NCBI RefSeq assembly: GCF_001194135.2
Contig: NC_068982.1
Span: 148,426,385-148,470,449, forward strand
DNA length: 44,065 nt
Direction of reading: 5' to 3'
Source: Octopus bimaculoides
Taxonomy: Eukaryota
Both the position numbers and the translations under genes were made by a program. Under the pieces are notes generated by a model. That model did no database searches, had not been told where the DNA came from, and saw nothing but the letters and a program-made list of their open reading frames with translations. Shown in pieces: positions 11,620-23,400 of this stretch; position 1 is the stretch's first letter, and each line of letters begins with the position of its first letter.

Positions 11620-12560
11620 AAGCATTCTTAGACTGGTGAGATAACTGGTATTAGTGTTCCTCTTGAAAAAATATGAATAGGAACAGAATTCAAGAGGGCC
11701 ACCATTCTGTGAAGAAAGGATTGGATGTAGTGATTAGAACAAGACCTAAGAGTTGGACACAATAAGGATAATGAGAGGAAGAGAGACAAGTGAGATTGGA
11801 ATGCCTGGATAGGCGTGGTATGAACCCACTACCTCCAAGGCTATAAAGGCTATAAGAGTAGTGATAGAAGAGAGAGTGAGAGAAGATAACATGCCTGAGT
11901 GCCTGCGGGTTAGAGCCTGGGACATGTCTGTGAGTGGATTTATGCCCTTTTCTGGATGTAGTCTACAATGTTTGTGTGTGGTGGTAGAACTGTCTCAGAA
12001 TTGAGAGCAATACTCCATTTTGTTCCTCCCTTAAGCTTTATAGAGTATCAAAAATTGTTGGAGTTTGAAGTATTTTCTAGCTCTGAAGAGAAAAGCTAGT
12101 TGTTTGGATGCACTTGTAGCTGTGCTATTACATAGCTTTCACCATGAAAAATCTTTGGCAATAATGAGGCTGTGAATATTGATATATCAAGAATGATAGA
12201 TTCAGTCACTACCCTAGCTGTTTTTGATGGGCTCTACTCTGAGCATCAGTTACTTCACCCATTTTATGGATCTTTGCCAATTTTATGCCATCTACCTACC
12301 ATGAGTAGATGGTATAAAACCATAGAATGTGTTATAATTGGGTTGTTGAGTGGTATGTGGATGTGTGTTGAGTGGTAGCAGTGAAGATATGAGAGGTATA
12401 GGGACAGTTATAATCTGAGATAGATTAGATTTAGACATGAAAAAGAGATCAAGGCTGTTTGAGTTTTCTACATGTTGCTTCAATATGTATAGGGGATTAA
12501 ATATGCTGATATGGAGAGTAGGGGGGCAGCAAATTATTCAGCATCTGCATCAATGGTATT
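11620..12560 (-). mobile_element. Old CR1-group (Crack/L2-like) LINE relic
   Basis: Minus-strand translation KQLAFLFRARKYF..QFLILYKA*GRNKMEYCSQF* matches the LYK..IRP.MEYCS.VW motif. Downstream ..RR..LSL..YY and SFLHR..W.NSVP-like segments; NSLDLF segment near 12440 resembles the APE C-terminus. Confidence 0.65.
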
Positions 12561-12681
12561 GATTTAGGATGAGTTAGGAAGCCATAAAAAAGAAAGGAAA
12601 AAAGGAAAAAGATTAACAACTCCTACAAAAAATATATTTGAATATATTTTGTAATCATTAAATACACACACATGCATGCAT

Positions 12682-12750
<69 letters not shown>
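12682..12750. repeat. (CA)n microsatellite
   Basis: Directly visible. Confidence 0.97.
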
Positions 12751-12754
<4 letters not shown>

Positions 12755-13554
12755 CGCACACAAACGTATATATAATAATGAATAATATTTTTCTAGAAAC
12801 ACAATACACTTCATATTTCTTATTAATCATTCACATTTATTTACAATGTGAATTTTGTATTATGCAGAATTATGATTTTGTATATGAAACTCAAAAGACT
12901 ATAATTTTACTTTCTATTTTGTCATTTTGTATATACTGCATAAAACAAATACTACATGTAACAGTTTTGTCTTTTGCATTGTAAATTGAGAACACACTTG
13001 TATTATTTAAAAAAAATTAATCGGTTTTTCATATATGTTTTACAGTATATCTTGTTATATAATATAAGATATACTTATTTCTCATTTATATAAACTAATT
13101 TAAAACATGGAATGTTTACATCTTTTTTTCTTAAACATTAAATGTACACATTATACAAGACAAAATGTTTTTGATGTTAAGCAGTAGATTATTTAAGTCA
13201 GCGAGTGATTTATAGCAGTATAGATCTTAAATAATAAAGTTGATAAGAAAAGTCCCTACGAAATCACATTTAATATAACGAATCTATAAGTATTAATTTT
13301 TTCTCCATTTATCCATGATTAAATACTGAATTATAAACATGTCTTGTTAATGGTGACATATAGAGTTATATTTATTAAAAACAGAAGTTATCTCACAGTT
13401 TTGCAGCAAATAAATTTAAAATTGTGAGAGTAGACAGAACAGATAGGATAGAACAGAAATCAGATTAGATTACATTAGATTTATATTAGTTAAAAGTATG
13501 GGTTTAAAATATATACAAATTAAGTTTATTCTTCATATCAAGTTTTTGCCATAA

Positions 13555-13958
13555 CTTTTACTCTTTTACTTGTTTCAGTCATTTGACTGTGGCCATGCTG
13601 CAGCACCGCCTTTAGTCGAGCAAATCGATCCCAAGACTTATTCTTTGTAAGCCTAGTACTTATTCTATCGGTCTCTTTTGCCAAACCGCTAAGTTACGGG
13701 GACGTAAACACACCAGCATCGGTTGTCAAGCGATGTTTGGGGGACAAACACAGACACACAAACATATACACACACACACATATATATACATATATACGAT
13801 GGGCTTCTTTCAGTTTCCGTCTACCAAATCCACTCACAAGGCTTTGGTCGGCCCAAGGCTATAGTAGAAGACACTTGCCCAAGGTACCACGCAGTGGGAC
13901 TGAACCCAAAACCATGTGATTGGTAAGCAAGCTACTTACCACACAGCCATTCCTATAT
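13555..13958 (-). mobile_element. SINE family A, full length
   Basis: Near-consensus reverse complement of 6431-6994. Confidence 0.92.
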
Positions 13959-14324
13959 GAATGTATCTATGCTTTTTCTTTTTAATTTCGGGTTTATTTT
14001 GACTGACCACTTGCTTGGTAACAAGATTGTGAAGGAAAACGTCTGTTTTTGTTCATTAGCTTTCAAATCTTAAGAAGGTTTTAACAATTTTTTTGTCCCA
14101 AATATTGTGATTACATGTAGCATATGAATTAAGGAATTGCATTCTCTCCCCAAGAATTCAAGTTCAGCCATGTTTTGCTCTAGGCAGGTTGGTATGTATC
14201 CTATTGCTCCAATAACGATAGGCAAGACAGTCCATGGGAAAGCTTAGTAACATCTGAGGTAGCAAAAGTGCCCCAATTAAGTTAAGAACAAGGCTAATGC
14301 AAATGCTCATTTGGCCAGTAGGCA

Positions 14325-14740
14325 TTTATGGTTGTGAAGCATGGACTCTGAACAAATTCGAAGTGAACATAATCAATGCATTTGAAAAGTACGTGTACAA
14401 GATGATGTTACGAGTCTCTTATAAGGACCATTGGACAAATGAATGGGCGTTACAACAAGTAGGTGAAAGATGACAACTCCTGAACATTGTGAAAAAATAA
14501 AAACTTTCTATTATGGCCATATTTGAAGAAACAAAAGTCTGGAAAACATTATCATGGAAGGAAGAGTAGAGGGCAGTAGATCAAGAGGTAGGCTAAGATT
14601 AAAATAGATGAAAATATCATGAGCTGGTTGGACAAGAGTGGCAAGGCAGCTGGAGAACTCACACTTAATCAGGAAGACTTTCGTTGTAGTGTCATAAATG
14701 TTCTGACGACATATGACACATGATGACAACAATGAAACTG
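14325..14740 (+). mobile_element. RTE (BovB-like) LINE 3' fragment
   Basis: YGCEAWTLNK....INAFEKYVYKMMLRVSYKDHWTNE..L..V...LLNIVKK.K..YGHI.R...LENIIMEGRVEGSRSRGR. Confidence 0.85.
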
Positions 14741-14749
14741 AAAGTGTAC

Positions 14750-15100
14750 CTTAGCTACTGGTTTTGCAAACTCCTTATCAAAGGTCTATGGATGTTTTCC
14801 TTCTTCTGTATTTTTCTGACCACATTAATGTATTGGTGTCAAGAGAACACCTGATTTCCACAACACAACACTTTTTTTTTTCTTGTGGTTCCACACAGCA
14901 GCATCTGACTAATTGTGTTTTAACGTGTCTGCTGCTTCAATTTTTAAGTTACACCAATATTCTTTTGACTCATCGGTCTCAATATAGTCAACTTCGTCAA
15001 TTGGTATTCTCTTTTTTTCTTTTTCTGTCCCATTTTGTTCTGGCCACCACATCATATCTCAAGTGAAGATATCTAGAAGACATTCTCTCTCAGTTGGCAA
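14750..15100 (-). mobile_element. Fragment of a second RLE-type non-LTR lineage (knuckle-to-endonuclease region)
   Basis: Minus-strand translation MSSRYLHLRYDVVAR..EYWCNLKIEAADTLKHN*SDAAVWNHKKKKCCVVE..CSLDTN..RPLIRSLQ matches RHD.V..Y/W..HN(R/K)PD..E.SCP.D.N of RLE domains. Confidence 0.7.
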
Positions 15101-15104
15101 TAAT

Positions 15105-16445
15105 GTGGCTGATGCTACACCAGACTCCAGTCTGATTTGATATGGTTTCTATAGCTGGATGCCCTTCTTAATGTCAACCACTTTACAGAGTATGCTGGGT
15201 GCTTTTAGATGGCACCACCCAGGCGCTTCAATGTGGTCCCATATGGCCGCTTTTACATGACACCACACAGGTACTTTTACATGGCACTACTTGGGTGCTT
15301 TTACATAACTCTATCATGAGTGTTTTTCACCACCAGTGGGACCAGTCTTAACACTTCTGCTGTGGAGAAAGGGTCTACTTAAGTACAACAAGGCATCAGG
15401 TATCTCATTCCTTTCTCATCTCACCTGAAAGGTTCAGCTTCCTGAGGTTGTTCTTCAGTACTTCTTCTCATGTCTTTCTGAGTCTCCCACTTCTACGTGG
15501 CCCATCTACTTCAAGAGATCAGCACTTCTTTATGGAGCTGTTTGCATCCATCTACACCAAATGATCAAACCAGCACAGTCTGCTCTTTTGCTCTATGCCT
15601 AACTTCTCTCTCAAAACACTAACACTCTGTCAAACATGTATATTTACATTACACATCCAGCAGAGCATACTAGCCTCATTCCTCCCTAACCTTTACATGT
15701 CCTCAGAATTCAGGGCCTACATCTCACCACCATGTAGAATTGTTGTTTATATACATGCATCATACAATATTCCTTTCTCTTGGAGTGAGAAACCTTTCGT
15801 AGGCAACAAAGGTAACAGCTCTCTGAATTTCCTTCACCTTATTCTTATTCTAGCAATCCCGCTCTCTATGCATTCTCCGTCACTTCTAATTTAGATAGCA
15901 GAAATTATCAAATGAAGGCAGCAAGCTGGCTGAAACGTTTGCACGCTGGGCGAAATGCTTAGCGGTATTTCGTCTGTCTTTACGTTCTGAGTTCAAATTC
16001 CGCTGAGGTCGACTCTTCCTTTCATCCATTCGGGGTCGATAAATTAAGTACCAGTTATGCACTGGGGTCGATGTAATCAACTTAATCCCTTTGTCTGTCC
16101 TTATTTGTCACCCTCTATGTTTAGCCCCTTGTGGGCAATAAAGAAATAAGAAATTATCAAATGAGCCACCTGGGCATTTGAGAGAATCAATTTCCTGAGT
16201 CTCTAAAGATTTTTATGGATCCTGTGCATCTTCCACATAAGAAAACTATCTTCTCTGATAACCTTCCTATTAATCCACTGCATCTTTTGTGTGTCCATAG
16301 ATTATGCTGGGTACACTGTATAGAGATCCTGCCTACAAATCAAACAGAGCCATCATTAGCAATCCTAATTATGTTACCTAATTATGTTGTTGATTTCATG
16401 CCCAAGATAGTTACTGGCCTCTTTCCTCTTCCCACTGCAGCGGAT
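15105..16445 (-). mobile_element. RTE LINE fragment (same family as 8914-10198), interrupted by a SINE
   Basis: Family-C-type 3' end at 15105-15300. RT C-terminal and Cys/His-rich segments are homologous to 9225-9700 and 36230-36530. Confidence 0.85.
15916..16148 (+). mobile_element. tRNA-derived SINE family B monomer with 16-bp target-site duplication
   Basis: TSD agaaattatcaaatga at 15900-15915 and 16149-16164; ctgagttcaaattcc B box; ggtcgataaattaagtaccag central domain (Nin/Deu-domain-like, from memory). Confidence 0.92.
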
Positions 16446-16614
16446 ATTGCTTCAGTGCCATAATACTCACTTCATACATCAATACAGATTTTAGACAATG
16501 ACCACTATCTTTGAATGGGAAGTAAAGCCTGTCTATATCTTCATTGGTTTTCAAATTGCCAGCAACACTGAGCAGATTCAAATTGCCAGCAACACTGAGC
16601 AGCAACACTGATAC

Positions 16615-16735
16615 TAAATTCCACTCACAAGGTATGAAGCAATCTGAAACTGTTGTAGAACACACATGACCGAGGTACCATGCAGTGGGAATAAAACCCT
16701 TTGAGTGTAAAGTATTCTTAACCACAGAGCTATAA
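16615..16735 (-). mobile_element. Degraded SINE family A 5' half
   Basis: aaattccactcacaagg..gtagaacacacatgaccgaggtaccatgcagtggga. Confidence 0.65.
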
Positions 16736-16999
16736 CCATGTTCTTTTATTTTTTTAGAAAGGAATATGGGATTTGAAGGAGATTTGGCTGCTATTTCTAG
16801 TACATCGAGTGGCTATCTATAGTCTTTCTCGTTCTCTAATGCAATCCTCTTGTTGTCTAATGAAGCTCTCTTGCAGCTTTATTACCTACTACTTATAGCT
16901 GTTTTTGCTGTCGTTTTTGGACTTATTTATTTTGTCATTGCTACTCTAGCTGTTGTTATGGTTACAAAAAATTTGTTGCTTCTCTCTTATTGCTTTCTT

Positions 17000-17331
17000 T
17001 GTGGTTGTTGTTGTTGTTGTTGTTATTCTCACTATCAGTGTTGTTGTTGATATTGTTGTTGCTGCTGCTACTATCATCTTTCTTGATAATGACATTGCAG
17101 TTGTTGCCAAATCCTACTGGGACCAGAATTGTCTTTTCATCCCTAAGAGGTTCATATCACATATAGTGCCAGCATTACATTAGAACCAATTCAATCAGCT
17201 ATAGTAGACCCCCAACACTTATAAAAATTGGTCAGGTGCCAAAGAAAGCATCCTCATCATTCTCTCACCATTCTTTTCATTGCCACTGTCATTATCGTTG
17301 TTATTGTCATTGTTGTCATCAACATTATTGT

Positions 17332-17366
<35 letters not shown>

Positions 17367-17383
17367 TCGTCATCATCATCATG

Positions 17384-17421
<38 letters not shown>

Positions 17422-17422
17422 T

Positions 17423-17453
<31 letters not shown>

Positions 17454-17555
17454 CTATTGTTATCGCTGTTGTCATCATCATCATCAGCAGCAGCATCGTC
17501 ATCATCATCATCATCATCATCATCACCATCATCATCACTATTGTTATTGCTGTTG

Positions 17556-17589
<34 letters not shown>

Positions 17590-17650
17590 TATCATCTTCA
17601 TCACCATCATCATCATCACTATTGTTATTGCTGTTGTCATCATCATCATC

Positions 17651-17741
<91 letters not shown>

Positions 17742-17773
17742 CCACCATCATCATCATCATCATCATCAGCTAG
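17000..17773. repeat. Long compound (GTT)/(CAT)n trinucleotide array
   Basis: Directly visible; source of the poly-His, poly-Ile, poly-Met and poly-Ser ORFs. Confidence 0.97.
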
Positions 17774-17984
17774 CAGCAGAATATGTAAAGCAGCAAAAGC
17801 AAATTACTTTATGGTACTTAGTTATGTCTTTTGCCTTCTAAATTAAAGAATTCTTCCCATGTCCAAATTTACTTCTCAACCTTCTGGGGGTACATGAAAT
17901 GAATACAAATCCAATACTGAGGTGGGGAAATATTAAATTTGAGTATATCCTTTCTTAAAATTTCTAGTTGCTTTTGTCATTTAT

Positions 17985-18090
17985 TCCTTTGAGGGGTCAA
18001 TAAAATAAAGTACCAGTCAAATACTTGGGTTGATGCTATTGATTAATCCCTTCTCCTCAAAATGACTGGCCCTGTGCCTAAATAAGGACC
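17985..18090 (+). mobile_element. SINE family B 3' fragment
   Basis: ggggtcaataaaataaagtaccagtc..ggccctgtgcc. Confidence 0.65.
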
Positions 18091-18241
18091 CATAATTAAA
18101 CACCCATGTCGGTGACACGTAAAAGCACCCATGCCAATAACATGTTAACATGCTACAGAAAACAATATCAATTTAATGATACACCCCAAACAAGACAATC
18201 CACAAACATTATTATTGTTATTGTTATTATTATTATCATCA

Positions 18242-18289
<48 letters not shown>

Positions 18290-18291
<2 letters not shown>

Positions 18292-18510
18292 GGTGAGCTG
18301 ACAGGATCATTAGCATACCAGACAAAATGTTCAGCAGTATTTCGTCTGTTTTTACATTCTGAGTTCAAATTTCATAGAGGTTGACTTTGTATCTCAGTCT
18401 TTTGGGGGTCAATAAAATAAATAACAGTTGAGCACTGGACTTGTTATAAATGGCCCTCTTCTCCAAATTTCAGGCCCTGTGCCTATAGTAGAAAGGATTG
18501 TTATTGTTGC
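18290..18510 (+). mobile_element. SINE family B copy following an (ATT)n tract (18205-18290)
   Basis: aggtgagctgacagg..ttctgagttcaaatt..ggtcaataaaat..ggccctgtgcctatagtagaaagg. Confidence 0.8.
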
Positions 18511-18559
18511 AAAGTTAATATTGACAGAATCCTGAGATCTTCTAGGACACTAGAATTGG

Positions 18560-18765
18560 TAGAATCCTAAGAATGGCGAAAAACCGTTTTGCAGTTTCTA
18601 TTCCAGCTCTTTACATTCTCAGTTCAAGATAAACTTTGCCTTCTATCTTCTCAGGTTCCTTAAAATAAAGTACCAGTCAAGTACTGGGATCAGTTAGCTT
18701 CATTTACCCCTCCCCTTAAAATTGCTGTATTTGTGCCTCAAATTAGAAGTCATTATTATTAGCTT
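18560..18765 (+). mobile_element. Degraded SINE family B
   Basis: ttctcagttcaag..taaaataaagtaccagtcaagtactggg..cccctcccc. Confidence 0.6.
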
Positions 18766-19302
18766 TGTTATTATTACATCTAAGAATGGTGTTATCAGCA
18801 AAGTACTATCCTAAATTGATAGCAGTGATTTGTTTCATATTTTTCTGCACTCAAATTCAAACAAAGCTGACTTTCTACTTATTCCACAGAGATTACTGAA
18901 ATAAGTATCACTCATGGAATGGTTCCATACTAATTCAATAAGCTATGCCTATCTCTTTGCAAATTTGTTCTCTTGTGCAAGCAGGGAAAATCATTATCAC
19001 TGACTCCAGATAGCTGGAAGCAAAGTCAATCCTAGTAGTATTTAGCTAATCCTATCAGGATCAAATCTTTGCTCTTCATTCTTCCGGAATTAATGTAAGT
19101 ATCATAAGTACTATAGTTGTATAATGTGGATGATTAGGTCAACTATACTTCCTCACCCTAAAAGTTATGTGCTTGAGCTTATGTCAGAAATACTTATTTT
19201 TTTTATAATTAAAATAATAATATACATAATAGATGAGTCAACTGTTTTTACAGTTAAGGATTTAGCAATCAAAAAAGCATTTGATTTTCATTTGGCTGTG
19301 TG

Positions 19303-19625
19303 TGTTAAATAAAATGAGACAACAAAGTCAAGGCTGTGTGGAATTTTCAGGACATTTATAAAGAGAAGGTTAGTCTTACAGCCTTTTTTTGGATATAATA
19401 TCCCAGAAACAGCTGTAAGACTAACCTTCTCTTTATAAATGTTGCGAAAATTCCACACTGCTTTGACTTTGTTGTCTCATTTTATTTAACATACGCATGC
19501 TCATACAAGACCTGCATTAGACTCCTCACTCATATTATTATCGAACCGAGAGTTTAACTACATTCCTTCCATAGCACTTATATAGCGTTACCTTCCACCT
19601 TGGGTTTTCTGGATACCAATATCTC
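19303..19625 (+). mobile_element. Probable Penelope-like element terminal repeat with an 80-bp inverted arm
   Basis: Near-perfect IR 19303-19382 / 19412-19491. The loop and right arm hold the 3' half of a minimal hammerhead (..atcc-c-a-GAAA-CAGCTG-TA-agac). Flanked by a (TA)n tract and gap. PLE assignment is inference. Confidence 0.6.
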
Positions 19626-19633
19626 TCATATAT

Positions 19634-19686
<53 letters not shown>

Positions 19687-19973
19687 NNNNNNNNNNNNNN
19701 NNNNNNNNNNNNNNNNNNNNNNNNNNNNNNNNNNNNNNNNNNNNNNNNNNNNNNNNNNNNNNNNNNNNNNNNNNNNNNNNNNNNNNNNNNNNNNNNNNNN
19801 NNNNNNNNNNNNNNNNNNNNNNNNNNNNNNNNNNNNNNNNNNNNNNNNNNNNNNNNNNNNNNNNNNNNNNNNNNNNNNNNNNNNNNNNNNNNNNNNNNNN
19901 NNNNNNNNNNNNNNNNNNNNNNNNNNNNNNNNNNNNNNNNNNNNNNNNNNNNNNNNNNNNNNNNNNNNCCTAA

Positions 19974-20021
<48 letters not shown>

Positions 20022-20897
20022 GTGTGTGTGTGTATATATGTATATATATATATATACACACACGTGTGTGTGTGTGTATGCACAATGCAACAACTAATTA
20101 AATCTCACACTCCGTTATCTTAAAAGTGAAAAGAACATATTGGCTAATATTAGCTAATATTAAGATATGCCAGGTCTGAAAACAAGGTGGAATAGTCTGG
20201 GCTGAAAAGCTTTTCATAGGCCTGTTATATCAAGTCTGACCTGAAACTAAACAACAACTACAAGGAAAAATTAAGCAGTCTTGGCTTCAACGTATTTAAT
20301 AATAGGATCACATGAGACTAGGGAAATTAAATAAATAAATAGATAAATAAATAGATAGATAGATAGATAAATCAACATGGATGTTCATATCGGATATTGT
20401 AGTCTTAGAAAAACTGCATCTGAATAAAAATGAGATGGTCATAGTGGAAACATTTTTAATCACAAGTCTGCTGGTTTATTAAATCGAGATGATCTCGAGC
20501 AAAAAATTAATAAGTAAAAAATAAAGAATAAGGAATGTAGTACTAGATACACTCATTAATCATTATTCATTAATAATGAATGAATAATGATGAATGAATG
20601 CCTCTAGGACTACATGAATACTGATGAAGAATATATACAAGGGCTACATTTTTTTGTTTGTTTGTTCCAGATCATTTTCATTCGTCAGTCCAGCAGACTT
20701 GGGATCAAAGATGTTCCAACTATAACCATCTTATTTTTGTTCAGACATTGTTTTGCATAGATTATTTTATTTTAATATGACTTTTCTTTTCCATTTTTTT
20801 TTCCTGAAAATAATGACCTGACCATAGCTGAAACACATATACTTTTTCATAGGTTTATTGTGTTAGAATTGACCTATGGCTAAACATCCTCATCATT

Positions 20898-21128
20898 GGA
20901 GGCAGATGGCTTAGTGGTTAGGGTGTTGCACTCATGATTGTAAAGTCATGGTTTTGATTTCTGCTCCAGGCAATGCATTGTGTTCCTGAGCAAAGCACTT
21001 CATTTCACACTACTTCAGTCCACTCAGCTGGCAAAAGTGAGTAATCCTGTGATGGACAAGGAGGAATATATTTGCCCACAGAAACTGGGAAATTGACTCT
21101 GAGTCTATATAACTTGAGAAGGAACTGA
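20898..21128 (+). mobile_element. tRNA-derived SINE family E (CORE/V/Meta-like central domain)
   Basis: ggaggcagatggcttagtggttag A box, ggttttgatttc B-box remnant, tgtgttcctgagcaaagcacttcatttcac..gtccactcagctg..gtgatggac. Confidence 0.7.
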
Positions 21129-21132
21129 ACTT

Positions 21133-21136
21133 CATC

Positions 21137-21201
<65 letters not shown>

Positions 21202-21320
21202 ATTTAACATCTATTTGTTCATGCTTGCTGGGGTTGGAAGGAATTTTGTTGAGGTAGATTTTCTATGGCTGGATGCCCTTCCTGTCACCAAGCCTCACCT
21301 GTTTCGAAGTAAGGTAATAT
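21133..21320 (-). mobile_element. Family-C-related RTE-type 3' end with (CAT)n tail
   Basis: (cat)n-atttaac..catgcttgctgggg..ggctggatgcccttcctgtcacc. Confidence 0.7.
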
Positions 21321-21354
21321 TTTTGTCATGATCAGACATCATGCAATGTTAACG

Positions 21355-21632
21355 CAATAAAATGGTAACACACACACACACACACATGCACTCATACACA
21401 CACTTGCACACACGCACACGTCAAGGTCACCAGCCTTCTTCCACAAGCACATACTTGCTCCCTTATACACACGCACATGCACCTTTCTCTCCTTGTTTCT
21501 TTCTGCGTTCCTTTCTGTGGAAGAGCGTAGGCTCGAAACGTTAAAGACTTTTTCACTTCCCGAGTGTTAAACTAATACATCTGGTTGTTGTGTACACCAC
21601 CTGTATTCTTCTTTTGTTTTTTTGTGAATTCT

Positions 21633-21668
<36 letters not shown>

Positions 21669-21735
21669 CACCATGATAGATCGCTAGCCACTTCACATTC
21701 TATATTTTTTCTCCTTGTTTCTTTCTGTGTTCCTA
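21355..21735 (+). mobile_element. Probable Penelope-like pseudo-LTR fragments in tandem
   Basis: Direct repeat ctccttgtttctttctg(c/t)gttcct at ~21489 and ~21711, hammerhead-like motif at 21511-21546, internal (TA)n. Confidence 0.6.
21511..21546 (+). ncRNA. Variant minimal type-I hammerhead-ribozyme-like motif
   Basis: CTTT-CTGTGGA-A-GAGC(GTAG)GCTC-GAAA-CG-TT-AAAG: stem I CTTT/AAAG, stem II 4 bp, palindromic ACGT stem III. Core has A6->U. Confidence 0.5.
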
Positions 21736-21890
21736 TATATGGGTTTCTTTCAGATTCTGTCTACCAAATCCACTTACAGGGCTTTGGTTGGCCCTGGGGC
21801 TATAATAGAAGACACTTCCCAAAGTATCATGCAGTAGGACTGGATCCAAAACCAATGCATTTGGGAAGCCAGCTTCTTACCACACAACCA
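21736..21890 (-). mobile_element. SINE family A 5' half
   Basis: gggtttctttcag..ctaccaaatccact..gctataatagaagacactt..accacacaacc. Confidence 0.85.
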
Positions 21891-22404
21891 GGCAAAATTA
21901 TCTTAAGCCAATCTAATATTTGAATCTTCGCTTTTGTTGTTTTTCTTTTCTACTACTGTTATTCCTATAGCTGAAGTGGTTCCCCAGTAACAGCTGTTGC
22001 ATTTCAATCTCATCATTTTCTACTCTTTGATTTTCAATCAGAATATTATCTCATCAACCTGGCCTTCATTATAATTGCAATTTCTTCTCTTCTCTTAATT
22101 TTGATTTTTTCTCCTCTCTTTAATCAGTAATTACTTGCTTGTTATTTCATTTTCTAATTACAATTTTTATATTATTATTTTGTTCACAAATATTTATATG
22201 TTGGCATGTGTATATGTATGTTTGTGTGCACGTGTGTCAGTGTATGTGTATGTATCTGTGTTTTCATGTATGAAGGTTCATGCATATAATCATACACACA
22301 CAGTTATGCATGGACGAGGTATGTATATGTAAAATGTGTGTTAGTACGCAAACAGATATATAACACACACACACACACACACACATACATTTATATATAC
22401 ATAA

Positions 22405-22438
<34 letters not shown>

Positions 22439-23294
22439 ATGTATGTGTGAGTTTGTGTGTTTTATGTCTATATCTATCTTTCTATGTATATATATGTGCA
22501 TGTATATTTATATATATGTATACATATANNNNNNNNNNNNNNNNNNNNNNNNNGTATGTATATATGAATCTATCTATCTCTCTATTTATCTCTCCCTCTC
22601 TCTATATATCTATCTTAAGAGAGAGACAGAGAGAGACAGATAGATATATAGATAGGTAGATAGACAGAGATATATACACATATGCCTACTCATACATGTA
22701 TGCAAATATTTATACGCTTATACACAATGCCTGTATAGAAAGTGGACATAAAAAGATGATGATGACGACAACGACGACAACGATGTCGATGATGACAATG
22801 GTAATGATGACAACTCCCACATAGATAAATATAGATAAATACACACACACACACACACATATAGTCAAATGTTTGTGATTGATTTTTTCTTCTTGACAGT
22901 CTATCAAATTTAAAATATATTAATATAAAAAAATATCATAATAAAAGAAAACCGAAATATGTTATCTAGTGCGTGTGTATGTGTGTGTGTGTGTGTGAAG
23001 TAGATAGAGGGGAGAGTGGAGTGGAAAGAATATTGATTTGTTTATTTTGTGCTGGAATAGGATTTATCAAAGATGTGCAAGATCACAGATAATTATGAAA
23101 ATAATGTGTGACGCCATTGGCTTCAGTTTAAGTATCTTTGACTTATTTTTATTTGTCAATAATTCACTTTTACTTCTACATTTTACACTTGTATAGGTTG
23201 GATAAATTTATAAATTCAGGAAATTCAAATATTTGCACTTATTTTCTTTAAAAATAGACTCTATTCATGTTATCATTTTTATGATTATTATTAA

Positions 23295-23400
23295 GGTGGC
23301 GAGCTGGCAGAATCATTAGCATATTTGGCACAATACTTTTTGACATCTTGTCCAACTTCACATTTTGAGCTTAAGTACATCTAAGCTTGACTTTGCTTTA
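23295..23400 (+). mobile_element. Degraded SINE family B head
   Basis: aaggtggcgagctggcagaatcattagc..ttgactttgc. Confidence 0.65.

Noticed and set aside
14705-14745. CTGACGA ... GAAAC as a hammerhead
   Set aside because: No stem II closing onto GAAA and no stem I or III; it lies in an RTE 3' end.
16551-16610. 27-bp tandem duplication ttcaaattgccagcaacactgagcag
   Set aside because: Real but an ordinary local slippage event with no further structure.
17228-17846. Long poly-His, poly-Ile, poly-Met and poly-Ser ORFs
   Set aside because: Translation of a (CAT)n microsatellite; no stop codons are possible in these frames.
20613-20640. CTGATGA motif
   Set aside because: No downstream GAAA or stems.
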